DNA of 64,000 nucleotides from a virus: IMG/VR virus record IMGVR_UViG_3300043256_000125, positions 2,627 to 66,626 of that record; one strand, 5' to 3'. Shown piece by piece: positions 1 to 9,817 of this stretch (position 1 is its first letter; each line of letters starts with the position of its first letter). The notes under the pieces were generated by a model. It saw only the letters and a program-made list of their open reading frames with translations, ran no database searches and was not told where the DNA came from. The position numbers and the translations under genes were made by a program.

Positions 1-1518
1 ATCTGCTGTAGAAGTGATCCGGGTTGCATCCATCCCCGAGCCATGAACACTCACGCCGTTGGGCACGTTGATTACCGCGTCGCCTATGGCGTAAGTTCCA
101 GGTCCAATTATCACCACGTCACCAGCGGAAGCCGCTTCGATCTTCGTCTTTAACGCAGTGTTCCATGCCGTATCAGGCGTCAGACCGTCACTGTTGTCCC
201 CCTCGTCGTCGATGAACCAGACTGTCCCTGATGTTTGCCGAACAATCTGGGCGATGTCTTGCTGGCCGGCAACGAGTGCAGTATCAACTTCAGCGTTGAT
301 ATTCGTCAAATTGATCGCAGCATCCTGCGTCAAACTCGTCGTCGTGCCATTGTCGGTTATTGAGCAATTACCCCGAACAACTACTGTAAGGCTTGTGCAT
401 GTTGCGTCTACGACGAGTTGCCCGTCTGCTTCAAAGGACATGACGGTTGTGGCGACGGCATTAGTGACTTTCATACCACCCGAATAATGCCGGAAGTAGA
501 CGTTTACATTGGCAACGGAGTTGATATTCAGAGTAGGAGTACCAGCACCCGCAACCGCTGAGAAGCAGGCATCGAAAGCACAATCGTTACGCAGCGTCAA
601 ACTACCACCATCGGCAATGAGGCACCCTAAAGCCGTGATCTCCATCCCCGTGATAGATGACAGGCAACAGCTTTCGGCTTGACATCGACCCGTGCCACCC
701 TGGGCACCCGTAAGTAGCAGGTTGTAGAAGACTGTCCTGTCCACGTCCTGCGTACCGAAATTAACTATATTCACCGACATTTCGCCGATGCCAACGAACT
801 CGTAATCCTCCATCGTCGCTGCCAAGGTCACAGATGAGTTATTGATAAGGTAGATACGATCCACACCGAGACTGTCTGCGATGGTCTTCACCGCAGCAAT
901 TGTAGAGACGGGGTTTGCCCAAGTACCATCAACACCGTTTACCGTATTCGTGTTTGCAGCCGCGTCATTGAGATAGACACCGGGGCCGCGTGGGCCCGCA
1001 TAGGCCGACCCGAAACCTTCCACGCCGTCAAAGAGTATCTCCAGATTGTTAGCCGCCGTGGAATCGTCACTGACGGAGAACACGTCCATCTCGGGCTTGG
1101 CACTAGTCGCGGAGGTGGTGACCGCCGTTCCCAGCCACTGACCAATGTCTACCCTATTGTTAGCGTCCACGGCAAGCGTGTTCGCAGGCGTAGTAGACCT
1201 CACAATGTCGTCCACATTAGCCACCGTGGCGTCGATGAAAATCAGCACGTCGTCCCATTCGTCGCCGGCCGCATCGATACACTGGACCACGATCTTGTCG
1301 CCGTTCATCTCCGCCTGGGACAGGTTGACCTTCACGTTTAGCGAGCCAGCGGGTGACACAATCGGCAATGTCGTCAGGTTTGCGAATGCGCCGTTGTCCG
1401 TGCTCACCTGAAAATCACCCGCGGCAATGGTCGGACTGGCCTTGAACGAGCCGGTGTCCGCAGAGTCTACCAGCCCGATATCGAACTCGTAAGCTACGTT
1501 CTTTTTTGGTGAGGACAT
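1..1518 (-). CDS. Virion/tail-fibre-like protein with beta-helix (pectin-lyase-like) region; runs off the left edge
   Basis: Not in the ORF track. Read by hand from ATG at 1518 (MSSPKKNVAYEFDIGLVDSADTGSFKASPTIAAGDFQVS...). The part at the window edge reads ...EAASAGDVVIIGPGTYAIG...VSVHGSGMDATRI, a typical beta-helix entry motif. The middle was not fully translated. Confidence 0.7.
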   Translation of the reverse strand, partial: MSSPKKNVAYEFDIGLVDSADTGSFKASPTIAAGDFQVSTDNGAFANLTTLPIVSPAGSLNVKVNLSQAEMNGDKIVVQCIDAAGDEWDDVLIFIDATVANVDDIVRSTTPANTLAVDANNRVDIGQWLGTAVTTSATSAKPEMDVFSVSDDSTAANNLEILFDGVEGFGSAYAGPRGPGVYLNDAAANTNTVNGVDGTWANPVSTIAAVKTIADSLGVDRIYLINNSSVTLAATMEDYEFVGIGEMSVNIVNFGTQDVDRTVFYNLLLTGAQGGTGRCQAESCCLSSITGMEITALGCLIADGGSLTLRNDCAFDACFSAVAGAGTPTLNINSVANVNVYFRHYSGGMKVTNAVATTVMSFEADGQLVVDATCTSLTVVVRGNCSITDNGTTTSLTQDAAINLTNINAEVDTALVAGQQDIAQIVRQTSGTVWFIDDEGDNSDGLTPDTAWNTALKTKIEAASAGDVVIIGPGTYAIGDAVINVPNGVSVHGSGMDATRITSTAD

Positions 1519-1533
1519 TTCTGTTTCTCAATC

Positions 1534-2997
1534 TTACAGCAGTTCGTCCCATGTGAACGAGACGTTGACTTCCTGATTGGTGCCGCTGGCAGCCTCTGCC
1601 GTTATGGTAATGGATTGCCCCGGAAACAGCCTCGCACGCAACGGAGTGAGATCAATGATTTCCGAACTTTCCTTGCCCAAGACCGTGGTGAGGAATATGT
1701 TTCCAGCTGATACCCCCGTGGCAGCAATATCAGTGGCTACTATGGACGTATTTGCGTCCACGTCTGAAAAGGACGGGCTTCCCGTCAGCGTGGCATCCAA
1801 ACGAATCCTAAAGATGACGGGTTTTGTTGACAGCGTTGCCACGGCGAGATAGAGAGGCGCTATTCTCGCCCTGTTGAGCTTGCCCTGGAATACCCGTTTG
1901 TTCCGTATGGTCAGGATCGGAAGTTCGGTGGTTGTGAGATTCGTGATGCCGTTTTCAGCGCTATTGAGGAACCCCAAGTCCACGTCCTTCCCCTCCACGA
2001 ATCCCGCTAGCGAGGAAGTCTCTACCACGATGTCGGTCGTGTTGGACGTGTTCTTCGCAAGGACGCACAGGGGGAGCGTGGGATTGTCGATGCTCGGGAT
2101 CGTCGCGGTGTTGGCATATTCAATCTTATGCACCAGGTGAAATCCGCCGTCCACAGGATGCTCGATGAAAAAACTGATGAGACCGAAGCCCAGCCATTGA
2201 TATCGAATCTGAAAGACGTTTCCCTTGGTGAAGTCCATCGCCGGCAGCACCTCCGCACCCGCCGCCTTGTCCTCACTCCAACTCGTCTGGGCGATCACGG
2301 TATCCGTCGGGGCGGCCCCGGCCACGGTTTCCGCGAAGGTCCCCACCGCCGTCGCCGCTCCCGACAGGGTGAAGGCTCCCACCTTGTCCCCAGAATCGAA
2401 CGAAGAAAATATGACTGTGTCTCCCACTGCCTCTGCGTTCCACCCACTTCCAATAGCCGAGTAATCCTCCGCCGCTATCTCCCTGGCCGTCGTCTCCTTC
2501 ACGCCGCTAGTCGTGACCGTCACGTCGGCCTTGGCGTCCCCATCCAGCGTGATCGTTATATCCTCGGCGGTCGAGGACGCGGTAGTGATGGTCAATGTCT
2601 GGATCTCGACGGCCCCGCCCTGCCGCCTCATTATCCCAAAGGCAGTCCCGTTGTAGCCGAAAAAGAAACCGTCTGCTGCATCCCCAACACCCACGTATTG
2701 CGTTGAATTTGCGGCCCCGGCGGTGAAGACGGCCGTAAAGCGGATAAGAGCCCCCTGCCCCGGGTTGTACTTGACCGACCTCCGCGACAAGAGCTGCGCC
2801 GATTGATTCGCTCCGGCACCGGTCGATATCTTCGCCTTGTTGGCGTTGAACGTCACGGTGCCGCCGTTCTCGTTGGTATCGATAAGCCTGGTGTTGATGT
2901 TGTATGGGAACTGGAGCTGGACGACCGGCGTAGGCTCGGCGACCTCGGCCTCGCCGAAGGCCGATTTCTGGGGCTCGATGAATGGTTGATAAGACAT
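1534..2997 (-). CDS. Putative virion structural protein (Thr/Ala/Gly-rich, beta-sandwich)
   Basis: Long ORF; likely start MSYQPF after AAGGTG; composition typical of virion proteins. Confidence 0.6.
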   Translation of the reverse strand: MSYQPFIEPQKSAFGEAEVAEPTPVVQLQFPYNINTRLIDTNENGGTVTFNANKAKISTGAGANQSAQLLSRRSVKYNPGQGALIRFTAVFTAGAANSTQYVGVGDAADGFFFGYNGTAFGIMRRQGGAVEIQTLTITTASSTAEDITITLDGDAKADVTVTTSGVKETTAREIAAEDYSAIGSGWNAEAVGDTVIFSSFDSGDKVGAFTLSGAATAVGTFAETVAGAAPTDTVIAQTSWSEDKAAGAEVLPAMDFTKGNVFQIRYQWLGFGLISFFIEHPVDGGFHLVHKIEYANTATIPSIDNPTLPLCVLAKNTSNTTDIVVETSSLAGFVEGKDVDLGFLNSAENGITNLTTTELPILTIRNKRVFQGKLNRARIAPLYLAVATLSTKPVIFRIRLDATLTGSPSFSDVDANTSIVATDIAATGVSAGNIFLTTVLGKESSEIIDLTPLRARLFPGQSITITAEAASGTNQEVNVSFTWDELL

Positions 2998-3010
2998 AAC
3001 TGCAATCACC

Positions 3011-3457
3011 TTATATGATATGCCACGAAGTGCCGTCCGAAACAATCATCACCGACTCGTACTGCAACGTCAAATCGATCGTTTGATCGCCGTCGATCGT
3101 CTCCGCACTATTTCCGTCGATCGTCACGGCGCTGCTCGAAGAATCCGTCTTCTTTATGTGCAAGACGAGTCCCGTCACGCCACTCACAGCCGGCAAGGTC
3201 ACGGTGAATGTTCCGCCGCTCGCATCACAGAGAATGACGTGGTCCGAAGCCGTGGCCGTATATGTCCCCGTCTTGGTCACGAGGCTAGCCGCAAACCCAT
3301 TGACGTAGGCATTCCTCCAAGCAGCAGACGAAGATCCCAAATCGCGGGTCCCGTCGCCATCGGGAATCAACGCGGCGTTTATCGCGACGTTGGCGAGGTT
3401 GGACAACGCCTTCGACGCCCCACCCGTACCGCCTCGTTGTGCCGAAATGCTTCCCAC
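3011..3457 (-). CDS. Tail fibre-like protein
   Basis: GTG overlaps the upstream stop. Contains DLGSSSAAWRNAY and TVTLP...IKKTD...VTID...TIDG...SDGTSWHII motifs common in phage fibre proteins. Confidence 0.65.
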   Translation of the reverse strand: MGSISAQRGGTGGASKALSNLANVAINAALIPDGDGTRDLGSSSAAWRNAYVNGFAASLVTKTGTYTATASDHVILCDASGGTFTVTLPAVSGVTGLVLHIKKTDSSSSAVTIDGNSAETIDGDQTIDLTLQYESVMIVSDGTSWHII

Positions 3458-4257
3458 TAGACTGCTCCCGAAAGGAAAATCATTCTGGCCACACCATCCG
3501 TCGGTGCCGGCGGCGCCCCCGCTACCCCGACCTGCACCTGGCTTCTGAGGGTGAACTCGGCGTTTGGCCGGGCGTACAGGTCGGCGACCGTGTTTGCCGT
3601 CAAGGGAAGATCCCATACCGCAACGTGATGTACGGTCTGGTCGGCCTGTTGATCCGACCCGCCAGTAAATCCACTTATTCGCACGTCGGTAAATGGGCCA
3701 GGTGTGCCGCTGAGCGGGGCGGTCGTTATGACGACTGCCCCGTCACGGTAGAACACCATGACACCAGACGCCGCGTCGAACGTGATGACGATGTCTTGAC
3801 GGATGTCAGTGTAGTCACTACCGACCTCGCTCAACGTCCCCATGTCCCGCCAGAATACCCGCACGCCGCCGGACCCTGAAATACTATTGTTGGCGTATAT
3901 CAACAAGTCATCGGTTCCCGACCACGCAAACGAAACGTGTGAGGGTCCTACCTCGTGAGTTGTCACCACGAGCCGCAGCGACCAACTGCCCAGCGGTAGA
4001 TCTCGCAGAATTGGCGACGAGCCCAGTTCGATCGTCGACGTGGCCGGGGATGTCCGAATGCCCTTAGTCTCCCACACGGGAGCGTTGGTTAGCGCGCCGT
4101 GGAGGTCGCGTCCACTGACGTCGTACCACGGGTCCCCTCCGCCTTGGAGTTCCGTCCACGCGGCGATCATTCCGCCCCAGACGTCGGGATTCTCAGACAA
4201 CCGGCCGTGGGAACGGCTGACCGCCAGCACTTCGGTGAATGAGGGGCGATGGATCAC
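3457..4257 (-). CDS. LamG/concanavalin-like domain virion protein
   Basis: WYDVSGRDLHGAL...YRDG...VAVWDLPLTANTVADLY pattern of LamG-3-like domains; start approximate. Confidence 0.55.
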   Translation of the reverse strand: MIHRPSFTEVLAVSRSHGRLSENPDVWGGMIAAWTELQGGGDPWYDVSGRDLHGALTNAPVWETKGIRTSPATSTIELGSSPILRDLPLGSWSLRLVVTTHEVGPSHVSFAWSGTDDLLIYANNSISGSGGVRVFWRDMGTLSEVGSDYTDIRQDIVITFDAASGVMVFYRDGAVVITTAPLSGTPGPFTDVRISGFTGGSDQQADQTVHHVAVWDLPLTANTVADLYARPNAEFTLRSQVQVGVAGAPPAPTDGVARMIFLSGAV

Positions 4258-4712
4258 TACTGAAGGTTCTCGTTGTAGGGGTACATATTCAGCGTACTGC
4301 CGGTGGCCGCCAAGGCTTGGCCGCACTTATTCACCAGGCACGTACGGAAGGCAAACGGTGATAGCCGTACGCCGATCACCTGCTGGAACTGCACCCCGGC
4401 GGCGTCCTCGATCCGGAAGATCCCATGCAGGGAATTGCCCGTCGGGGTGGGAGCCCCTACGTCGCCATCTTCGCCGTCGCCATAGTTGGTGGTGTCGAGC
4501 TTGTAGAAAATGTGCAGCTCGAACAATGCGTTGGCACTGGGCGCGGCCGCGAAATCGTTGGCCTTCAACAGAAAATCGGCGTACCGAAACAGGTTGGTGT
4601 GATTGGCGTAGTCCCCCACGTCGACCGCGATGCCGTTATCGGCCAGCGCGTCCAGTTGGGTCGTCATCCTGGCGGACGCTGACTCCGCAAACCATAGTGT
4701 TTTGTTGGCCAT
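4257..4712 (-). CDS. Hypothetical virion protein
   Basis: ORF with SD (GGGAG), within the structural cluster. Confidence 0.6.
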   Translation of the reverse strand: MANKTLWFAESASARMTTQLDALADNGIAVDVGDYANHTNLFRYADFLLKANDFAAAPSANALFELHIFYKLDTTNYGDGEDGDVGAPTPTGNSLHGIFRIEDAAGVQFQQVIGVRLSPFAFRTCLVNKCGQALAATGSTLNMYPYNENLQ

Positions 4713-4775
4713 GATCTAGCTCCCGTTCAGTTCCTCGACCCCACCCCGTCTCGCGACTGGCGGAAGGGCTTTCAG

Positions 4776-5009
4776 TTAGCCTTCGCCTTCCAGCTTCGCG
4801 ATCCGCTCGCCATAGTTGTCGAGCTTCTCCCACATCCGGAGTCGCTCGTCTCAGTCTTCCGTAAAGCGCTTGTCAATTGCTTCGCTCAGGTCAGCAATCT
4901 GCGCAGCGATTACCGCCAGCTTGGCGTGGACCATAAACATCCACGGCCCCAAGGCCAACACGGCCGCCGTAGCCACACCTACAACGATGCCCCATGCTTG
5001 TACGCTCAT
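4776..5009 (-). CDS. Small single-TM, coiled-coil holin/XhlA-like protein with an internal in-frame TGA (4851-4853)
   Basis: MSVQAWGIVVGVATAAVLALGPWMFMV...KRFTED*DERLRMWEKLDNYGERIAKLEGEG-TAA; the frame continues 24 codons past the TGA. Confidence 0.6.
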
Positions 5010-5046
5010 GGCTTTCTCTCGTTCCGCTGTGTCACGGCAGCACCTC

Positions 5047-6054
5047 TTACCAGGGGGATTTCCATGCGTTGCGAATTGTGACAGTTCCACCCCCGCGCAG
5101 CGGCTTGATGTCGTAGCCTTCGCAGTCCTCCAGTAGGAACAACGGCGGTGCGTCCGGGCGGATTTCGCCATTCGGTGCTCGATGGTAAACATCGACATTG
5201 ATGCCTCGACTATCCTTGATCCGCACTACAGGATCATCGGACGTCTCACGGTAATGGCCCTCGAATCGACAGTTGTCTACGATCGCGAATGCCTGGAATC
5301 GGTCCACGTCAAACACACGCGGGGAGCCCTCGAAACTGCATCGAGAAAAGGTCCCGTTGTCCCCGCCCCGGAATCGGAAAGCATATCGCGGCTCCCAGCC
5401 CTGGCTTTTCAGACCGTGCTTGGAGAGAATACACTGCTTGAATGTGAACTCATTCAGTTGACCGGCCGTCGCGTCGACTGCCGTTCCGCAATAGTGGATC
5501 AGGCAATCGGTGCAAACGAGATTGCCCCAGCAGTTTTGTGTGCCCCCGCCGGTGACCTCGTATGCTATCGCGAATTGCGCGATGGTGACGTTATCGAATC
5601 GGAACCGGCGAGTATACTGCGTCTTGCCGGTCGAATCGAATCGGAACGCGACACCCACTTTGCGTCCGCGTATTTCAATGTTGGAAAAACGCACGTCGCC
5701 CGGCCGTTTCCCCCGGCGGAACGTGAACAACGCCGCGTTGGGGTCGGTCCCCCGCCACTCGATCGAACATGCATAAGGGGCGGCCGTCTCGCCGGTGATG
5801 GTGACGGGGATGTCGATAACAATCGGCTCGTCATCGTCGTAGACGGGGTAACGGCCCAACCCGAAATGCAGTGTGCCGCCGCTGATGTCAGGCCAACGCG
5901 GATTGTCGTCCTTCAACTCGGCGAGGCCGCGCCGGATCGCCGGCCCCCACCCGTGGTCGCCTTCCTCATAGAAGTCGCGGACGTTGGCCGCCCACGCTAC
6001 GCTTGCGAACAGGAGTGCGGCAATCAGTGCCGTTAGAAAACGCTTCATCTTCAT
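5047..6054 (-). CDS. Secreted right-handed beta-helix (pectate-lyase-like) protein
   Basis: Signal peptide MKRFLTALIAALLFASVAWA; NVRDF...AI...GGTLHFGLGRY motif followed by beta-helix repeats. Confidence 0.65.
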   Translation of the reverse strand: MKMKRFLTALIAALLFASVAWAANVRDFYEEGDHGWGPAIRRGLAELKDDNPRWPDISGGTLHFGLGRYPVYDDDEPIVIDIPVTITGETAAPYACSIEWRGTDPNAALFTFRRGKRPGDVRFSNIEIRGRKVGVAFRFDSTGKTQYTRRFRFDNVTIAQFAIAYEVTGGGTQNCWGNLVCTDCLIHYCGTAVDATAGQLNEFTFKQCILSKHGLKSQGWEPRYAFRFRGGDNGTFSRCSFEGSPRVFDVDRFQAFAIVDNCRFEGHYRETSDDPVVRIKDSRGINVDVYHRAPNGEIRPDAPPLFLLEDCEGYDIKPLRGGGTVTIRNAWKSPW

Positions 6055-6335
6055 CACCAAGGACTCCCTTCAGGAATTTCATTACCGCGTTTTTGAAAAC
6101 GACCTTCATTCCACCCACTATCTGCCTCCGTACAGTAGATCAGGCGGCCATCGCACGTCTGATTCGGAGAATCGTCGATTGCCCTACAGGTGCGCGTGTT
6201 TGTTTGCCCAGGGAATCCCTTCCTAAACGCCGGCGACTTGTATGCAGCCCCGCACTTCAGGCACTTGTAATAGGAATCCCCACAACCACCCGCCACGACC
6301 AGCAACACGGCGAGTAGTATTCGTTTAGGGTTCAT
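6054..6335 (-). CDS. Putative lipoprotein with Cys motifs
   Basis: MNPKRILLAVLLVVAGGC lipobox-like signal. Confidence 0.55.
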   Translation of the reverse strand: MNPKRILLAVLLVVAGGCGDSYYKCLKCGAAYKSPAFRKGFPGQTNTRTCRAIDDSPNQTCDGRLIYCTEADSGWNEGRFQKRGNEIPEGSPW

Positions 6336-6757
6336 TGGGTAGCTCCTCCTTGTAGTTCAAGAGATCGGGCTTTCACAATCTCGTGCATTTGCTGGCGACT
6401 CGGAACTCCGGGCTTGCGTGTTTTACCTTGTACTTGCTCGGCTTCGGCGGCTTCACGCAAACTCGCCGCAAACACCAACCAATCTGGTTTCGGTACTTCG
6501 GGATTTCGCTCTTCAAACTCATGGTCCAACAGCCACAGAAGATTGTCTCGCTCCTCCCGCAACCGCACGACCTCGGCTTCCAGACCCTCCATCGCGGCAT
6601 CCTGCAATCGGACAAGACTCCCGCACTCCTGACACGTAAACTCGGGTTCCGGGGGTTCCGGTTCAACTTCAGGTTCCGTGCTCACAGGTTGCCTCACTGT
6701 GCTTCCTCGCCGTCGCCATTGTCGGTAAGCGGCGCGTAACCTCTTGGCGCTTGCCAT
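6332..6757 (-). CDS. Hypothetical protein (CxxC plus coiled coil)
   Basis: ORF coupled to its neighbours by adjacent/overlapping start and stop codons. Confidence 0.55.
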   Translation of the reverse strand: MASAKRLRAAYRQWRRRGSTVRQPVSTEPEVEPEPPEPEFTCQECGSLVRLQDAAMEGLEAEVVRLREERDNLLWLLDHEFEERNPEVPKPDWLVFAASLREAAEAEQVQGKTRKPGVPSRQQMHEIVKARSLELQGGATQ

Positions 6758-7267
6758 CTACTCAACACTCCCCTGCGTCGGAACGTACTTCTCAACTTCC
6801 ATGTAGCCGTCGGTGTAATCGACGGCCGCCGGGGGTGGGTTCTTGTCGAACATCCCCAGTAGGAATGGGATTGCTGCGCCGGCCCCTACGCCGCTGCCAA
6901 CCAGGGCCGCGGCAATAGCAGCCTTGGCCAGTCGCTTCAGAACTCGGGACTTGGGTTGTACTGCGACGGCTGGGGGCGGTTCGGGTGGGGCAGGCGGATA
7001 ATAGTTGTGAATCGTGTCGCCAATGTCAACGCCCATCTCATTACCCTTACCTTTACTGCTGGGAAAATCGGTAACGTCGCCCACCTTGCCCGTCATCGCG
7101 TTGCGGGCGTCTATCTCGACGATCCTATTCTGCCGCTGAATCTTTTCGAGCATCATGCCCTCGTGCCCAAGCCGTACACGGGCCCAGTGTTTTACAGCCC
7201 ACGCAACGGATTGCTTTATGGCGCTAGATTCAGGCGGCAGGGTCGCTTCCTGCGGCGATTCGTTCAC
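6758..7267 (-). CDS. Membrane protein (C-terminal TM)
   Basis: Hydrophobic AAIAAALVGSGVGAGAAIPFLLG segment; AGGAG SD. Confidence 0.55.
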   Translation of the reverse strand: MNESPQEATLPPESSAIKQSVAWAVKHWARVRLGHEGMMLEKIQRQNRIVEIDARNAMTGKVGDVTDFPSSKGKGNEMGVDIGDTIHNYYPPAPPEPPPAVAVQPKSRVLKRLAKAAIAAALVGSGVGAGAAIPFLLGMFDKNPPPAAVDYTDGYMEVEKYVPTQGSVE

Positions 7268-7374
7268 GGTTTAGTTTCTCCTGGAGCCATTCATCAAAAC
7301 GGCCATCTACCCATGCCATGTCCATTTCACGGAGTTCGTCTACAAACTGCTCGTGATGCGTTGCCCCGTCAACT

Positions 7375-7626
7375 CTAGGCTGCTCGACCATTGGGTAATT
7401 GCTCCAAAGATTGGATGCGAGTTTGCAAGCGGATACGCTCCGCCTCTGCCTCTTGGTGAATCTGCCTCCCGAGGTCTGCGTTGCGTTCGACCTCCGCACG
7501 ATAGTGCGCAGCGTCCGCCTTCGCCTGCGCGAGTTGTTCCCGTAGGTCGGAAAGTTCGCGCAAGCGATGATCTTCAATCTGCCCCCGCAGTTCAGCGTTC
7601 TCGGCCTGAAGATCGTTGCTGCTCAC
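7375..7626 (-). CDS. Coiled-coil hypothetical protein
   Basis: Heptad-rich ORF in the operon. Confidence 0.55.
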   Translation of the reverse strand: MSSNDLQAENAELRGQIEDHRLRELSDLREQLAQAKADAAHYRAEVERNADLGRQIHQEAEAERIRLQTRIQSLEQLPNGRAA

Positions 7627-7629
7627 GCG

Positions 7630-7932
7630 TTATGCCGCAGCCCCGGCACCCGCAAGCGGGACACCAATCTGGCCCGACTTGCTCGTACTCTCGCGCACGC
7701 CGAGACTCTCCACGAGACTAACCATCTTACGGTCGGCTTCGTAGGCTAAATCCAGGATCTTGCCGTACGTGATAAAGTGCTCATGCGCGCTCGCACCAGC
7801 CGACGCGATTCTCGCCAGGTTTTGCTGGTCCAGGTTACGCGGTACGGTTACTTCACCTACTCCTGACGGAACTTGATCCATCTCGTCTTCTCCTTGCCCG
7901 TCACCGGGCGTCAAAAGTGCAACTGGTGCCAT
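7630..7932 (-). CDS. Hypothetical protein
   Basis: ORF with GAGG SD. Confidence 0.55.
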   Translation of the reverse strand: MAPVALLTPGDGQGEDEMDQVPSGVGEVTVPRNLDQQNLARIASAGASAHEHFITYGKILDLAYEADRKMVSLVESLGVRESTSKSGQIGVPLAGAGAAA

Positions 7933-7940
7933 TTAGCACC

Positions 7941-9380
7941 TCAGTTCTGGTGGGGATAGAGTTTGAATATGAAGCCCTCCCCAAGATGGACTTCATCGGT
8001 GGTCTCTTCGTTGGTCGTCATGTTTCGCTTGTGCAGATAAATCGGCGGCAAGCCTGTCATTCGTCCGCTCGCGTCCGGTGTCAACATCAGCTCCAACGCC
8101 TCGACTCGCCCTATCAGCAAGTCGAGCTTTGCCATTACCGCCGCACAGTCGGCGTCCTGTCCGACGGTCCCATCCTGCCCGTCTTCCCCCGGCGGGCCCC
8201 GCTGTGGCTCCCGGTCCTCCAATGCCGACACGCGGTTGCGGAACTCTTGGATCAGGGCAAGCAACTCCGCGGGGACCCGAGCAGTCGCAACTGCGACCGC
8301 CGGCGGCCCTGCCGTTGCCGGACTTATCGGGCTTGCACTATTCGGCCGCTCGATCTGCTCGGGCTCTCGGGGAGTTACTGGCGGTATCGGTATCGGTGGT
8401 ACCCTCGCGGCCGGCGACGGCGCGACCGGGTTCAACTTCGGTGGCTCGCCGCCGCGCGGCTGCAAGGGTTCCATTAACCGCGGTAGCTTAGGTCTCGTGG
8501 TCGCCGGCATTCGTATTGGCGGCGGCGCGTACCGGGGGCGCGGAGGCGGAGGACAACAGGACGGCCCGCCCTGCACGCCAGCTCTTCAGGTGTCGGGGGG
8601 TGCGGCCGATGTTAAATAACCCTGCCGGGGCCTTGCGGCAAGTCCGGCAGGGAGGAAGTCTGCTTTCGGACGATGATCGGCCGCTGCGGCCGCGATCGCC
8701 GCTACACCCGGGGCTATCGTCTCGCCGGGGCGGGTAGCCGAAATCAGGCCCACCAGCTCGTTTTTCTCATTGAGGATCGGCCCGCCGGAATCTCCCTGCT
8801 GCGAACTGACCCGTACGGCAAACCAACCGTTGCGATCCCACCGCCCCAATAGGCCGCCGTGCCACCGGAAGCGGCCACCATGAGGATAGCCGCCCAACAA
8901 CAGCCGGGCACCAACCACCGGCAGCCGGGCCGCGAAGCGGACCACCCGGCACAACGGCCGACGGATATGGAGTATGGCGAAGTCGCGGGGCCGGTCGATG
9001 TGGACCACAAGCGCGTTGTACGTCTTGCCGTCGGCGCAGGCCACCTTGACGGCCCCCACGCCCTCGGTAAACAGGTGTGCGGTCGTCACCACCTGCGCTA
9101 GATCACGGCTCTCGGACTTCCATATCAGGACGCCGCTGCACGGCATCGTCTTGTTGCCCAAATGATGGACGACTCTCGGGCAACTCGGGTAGACCGTCAG
9201 TGGAACCGTGGCACCGAAGCACTGCCCGGCCCACAGAATCACCAGCAAGCACACCAGGCAGTACGCGACAAGTGCCGCGCACCATTGCGCCCTGCGTCGC
9301 TTAGCGGCATGGAGAGCTTCGCGCATTTGCTCCAGCCTGGCGGTACGTCGGATGTGCTGTCGCATTTCGTGGTGATCCAT
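7941..9380 (-). CDS. Membrane-anchored trypsin-like serine protease with Pro-rich/short collagen tail, split by an in-frame TGA (8586-8588)
   Basis: TM segment; catalytic motifs TTAH, DFAIL, GDSGGP. ORFs 8586..9380 and 7941..8576 share one frame, separated by TGA AGA GCT GGC. The tail has GPPGEDGQDGTVGQD. Confidence 0.7.
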
Positions 9381-9817
9381 TATCCCGCCCCCCAGTACTG
9401 CCCGACCAACACCGCACCCAACACCGCACCCAACAACAGTCCGACAAGCACCGCTACCAAGACGCCGGGCCAGTATCGACGGAGGCGTTGTTTCGCTTGC
9501 CGTACCGCCGCAAGGGCCTCTTCTCGCTGCAATTGTGCTTTGATCTTTTCGAGGGACGCAATAGACCGCAGAAAACTCGGGCACTCTGGGTTTTTTGCGA
9601 GCCACCGCCGCTCAAAGGCCAGCATTACGTCGGTTTTTCTCAGTGACTCCTGGAGTCTATCGATTTCGTCTTGCAAAGTGGTCCTGTCTCCGCGGTCAAA
9701 TGCGGCCAAGCACTCCGCCTCCATCTCGGGATCAGGGAACGGCCGCAGTGGGTCCAGTTTGATTTCAAGGTCGCCATCGTTCCAGTGCGGTTGGTCTTTC
9801 ATTTGTTGGGTCATCAT
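9380..9817 (-). CDS. Membrane protein
   Basis: C-terminal hydrophobic helix; GGAGG SD. Confidence 0.6.
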   Translation of the reverse strand: MMTQQMKDQPHWNDGDLEIKLDPLRPFPDPEMEAECLAAFDRGDRTTLQDEIDRLQESLRKTDVMLAFERRWLAKNPECPSFLRSIASLEKIKAQLQREEALAAVRQAKQRLRRYWPGVLVAVLVGLLLGAVLGAVLVGQYWGAG

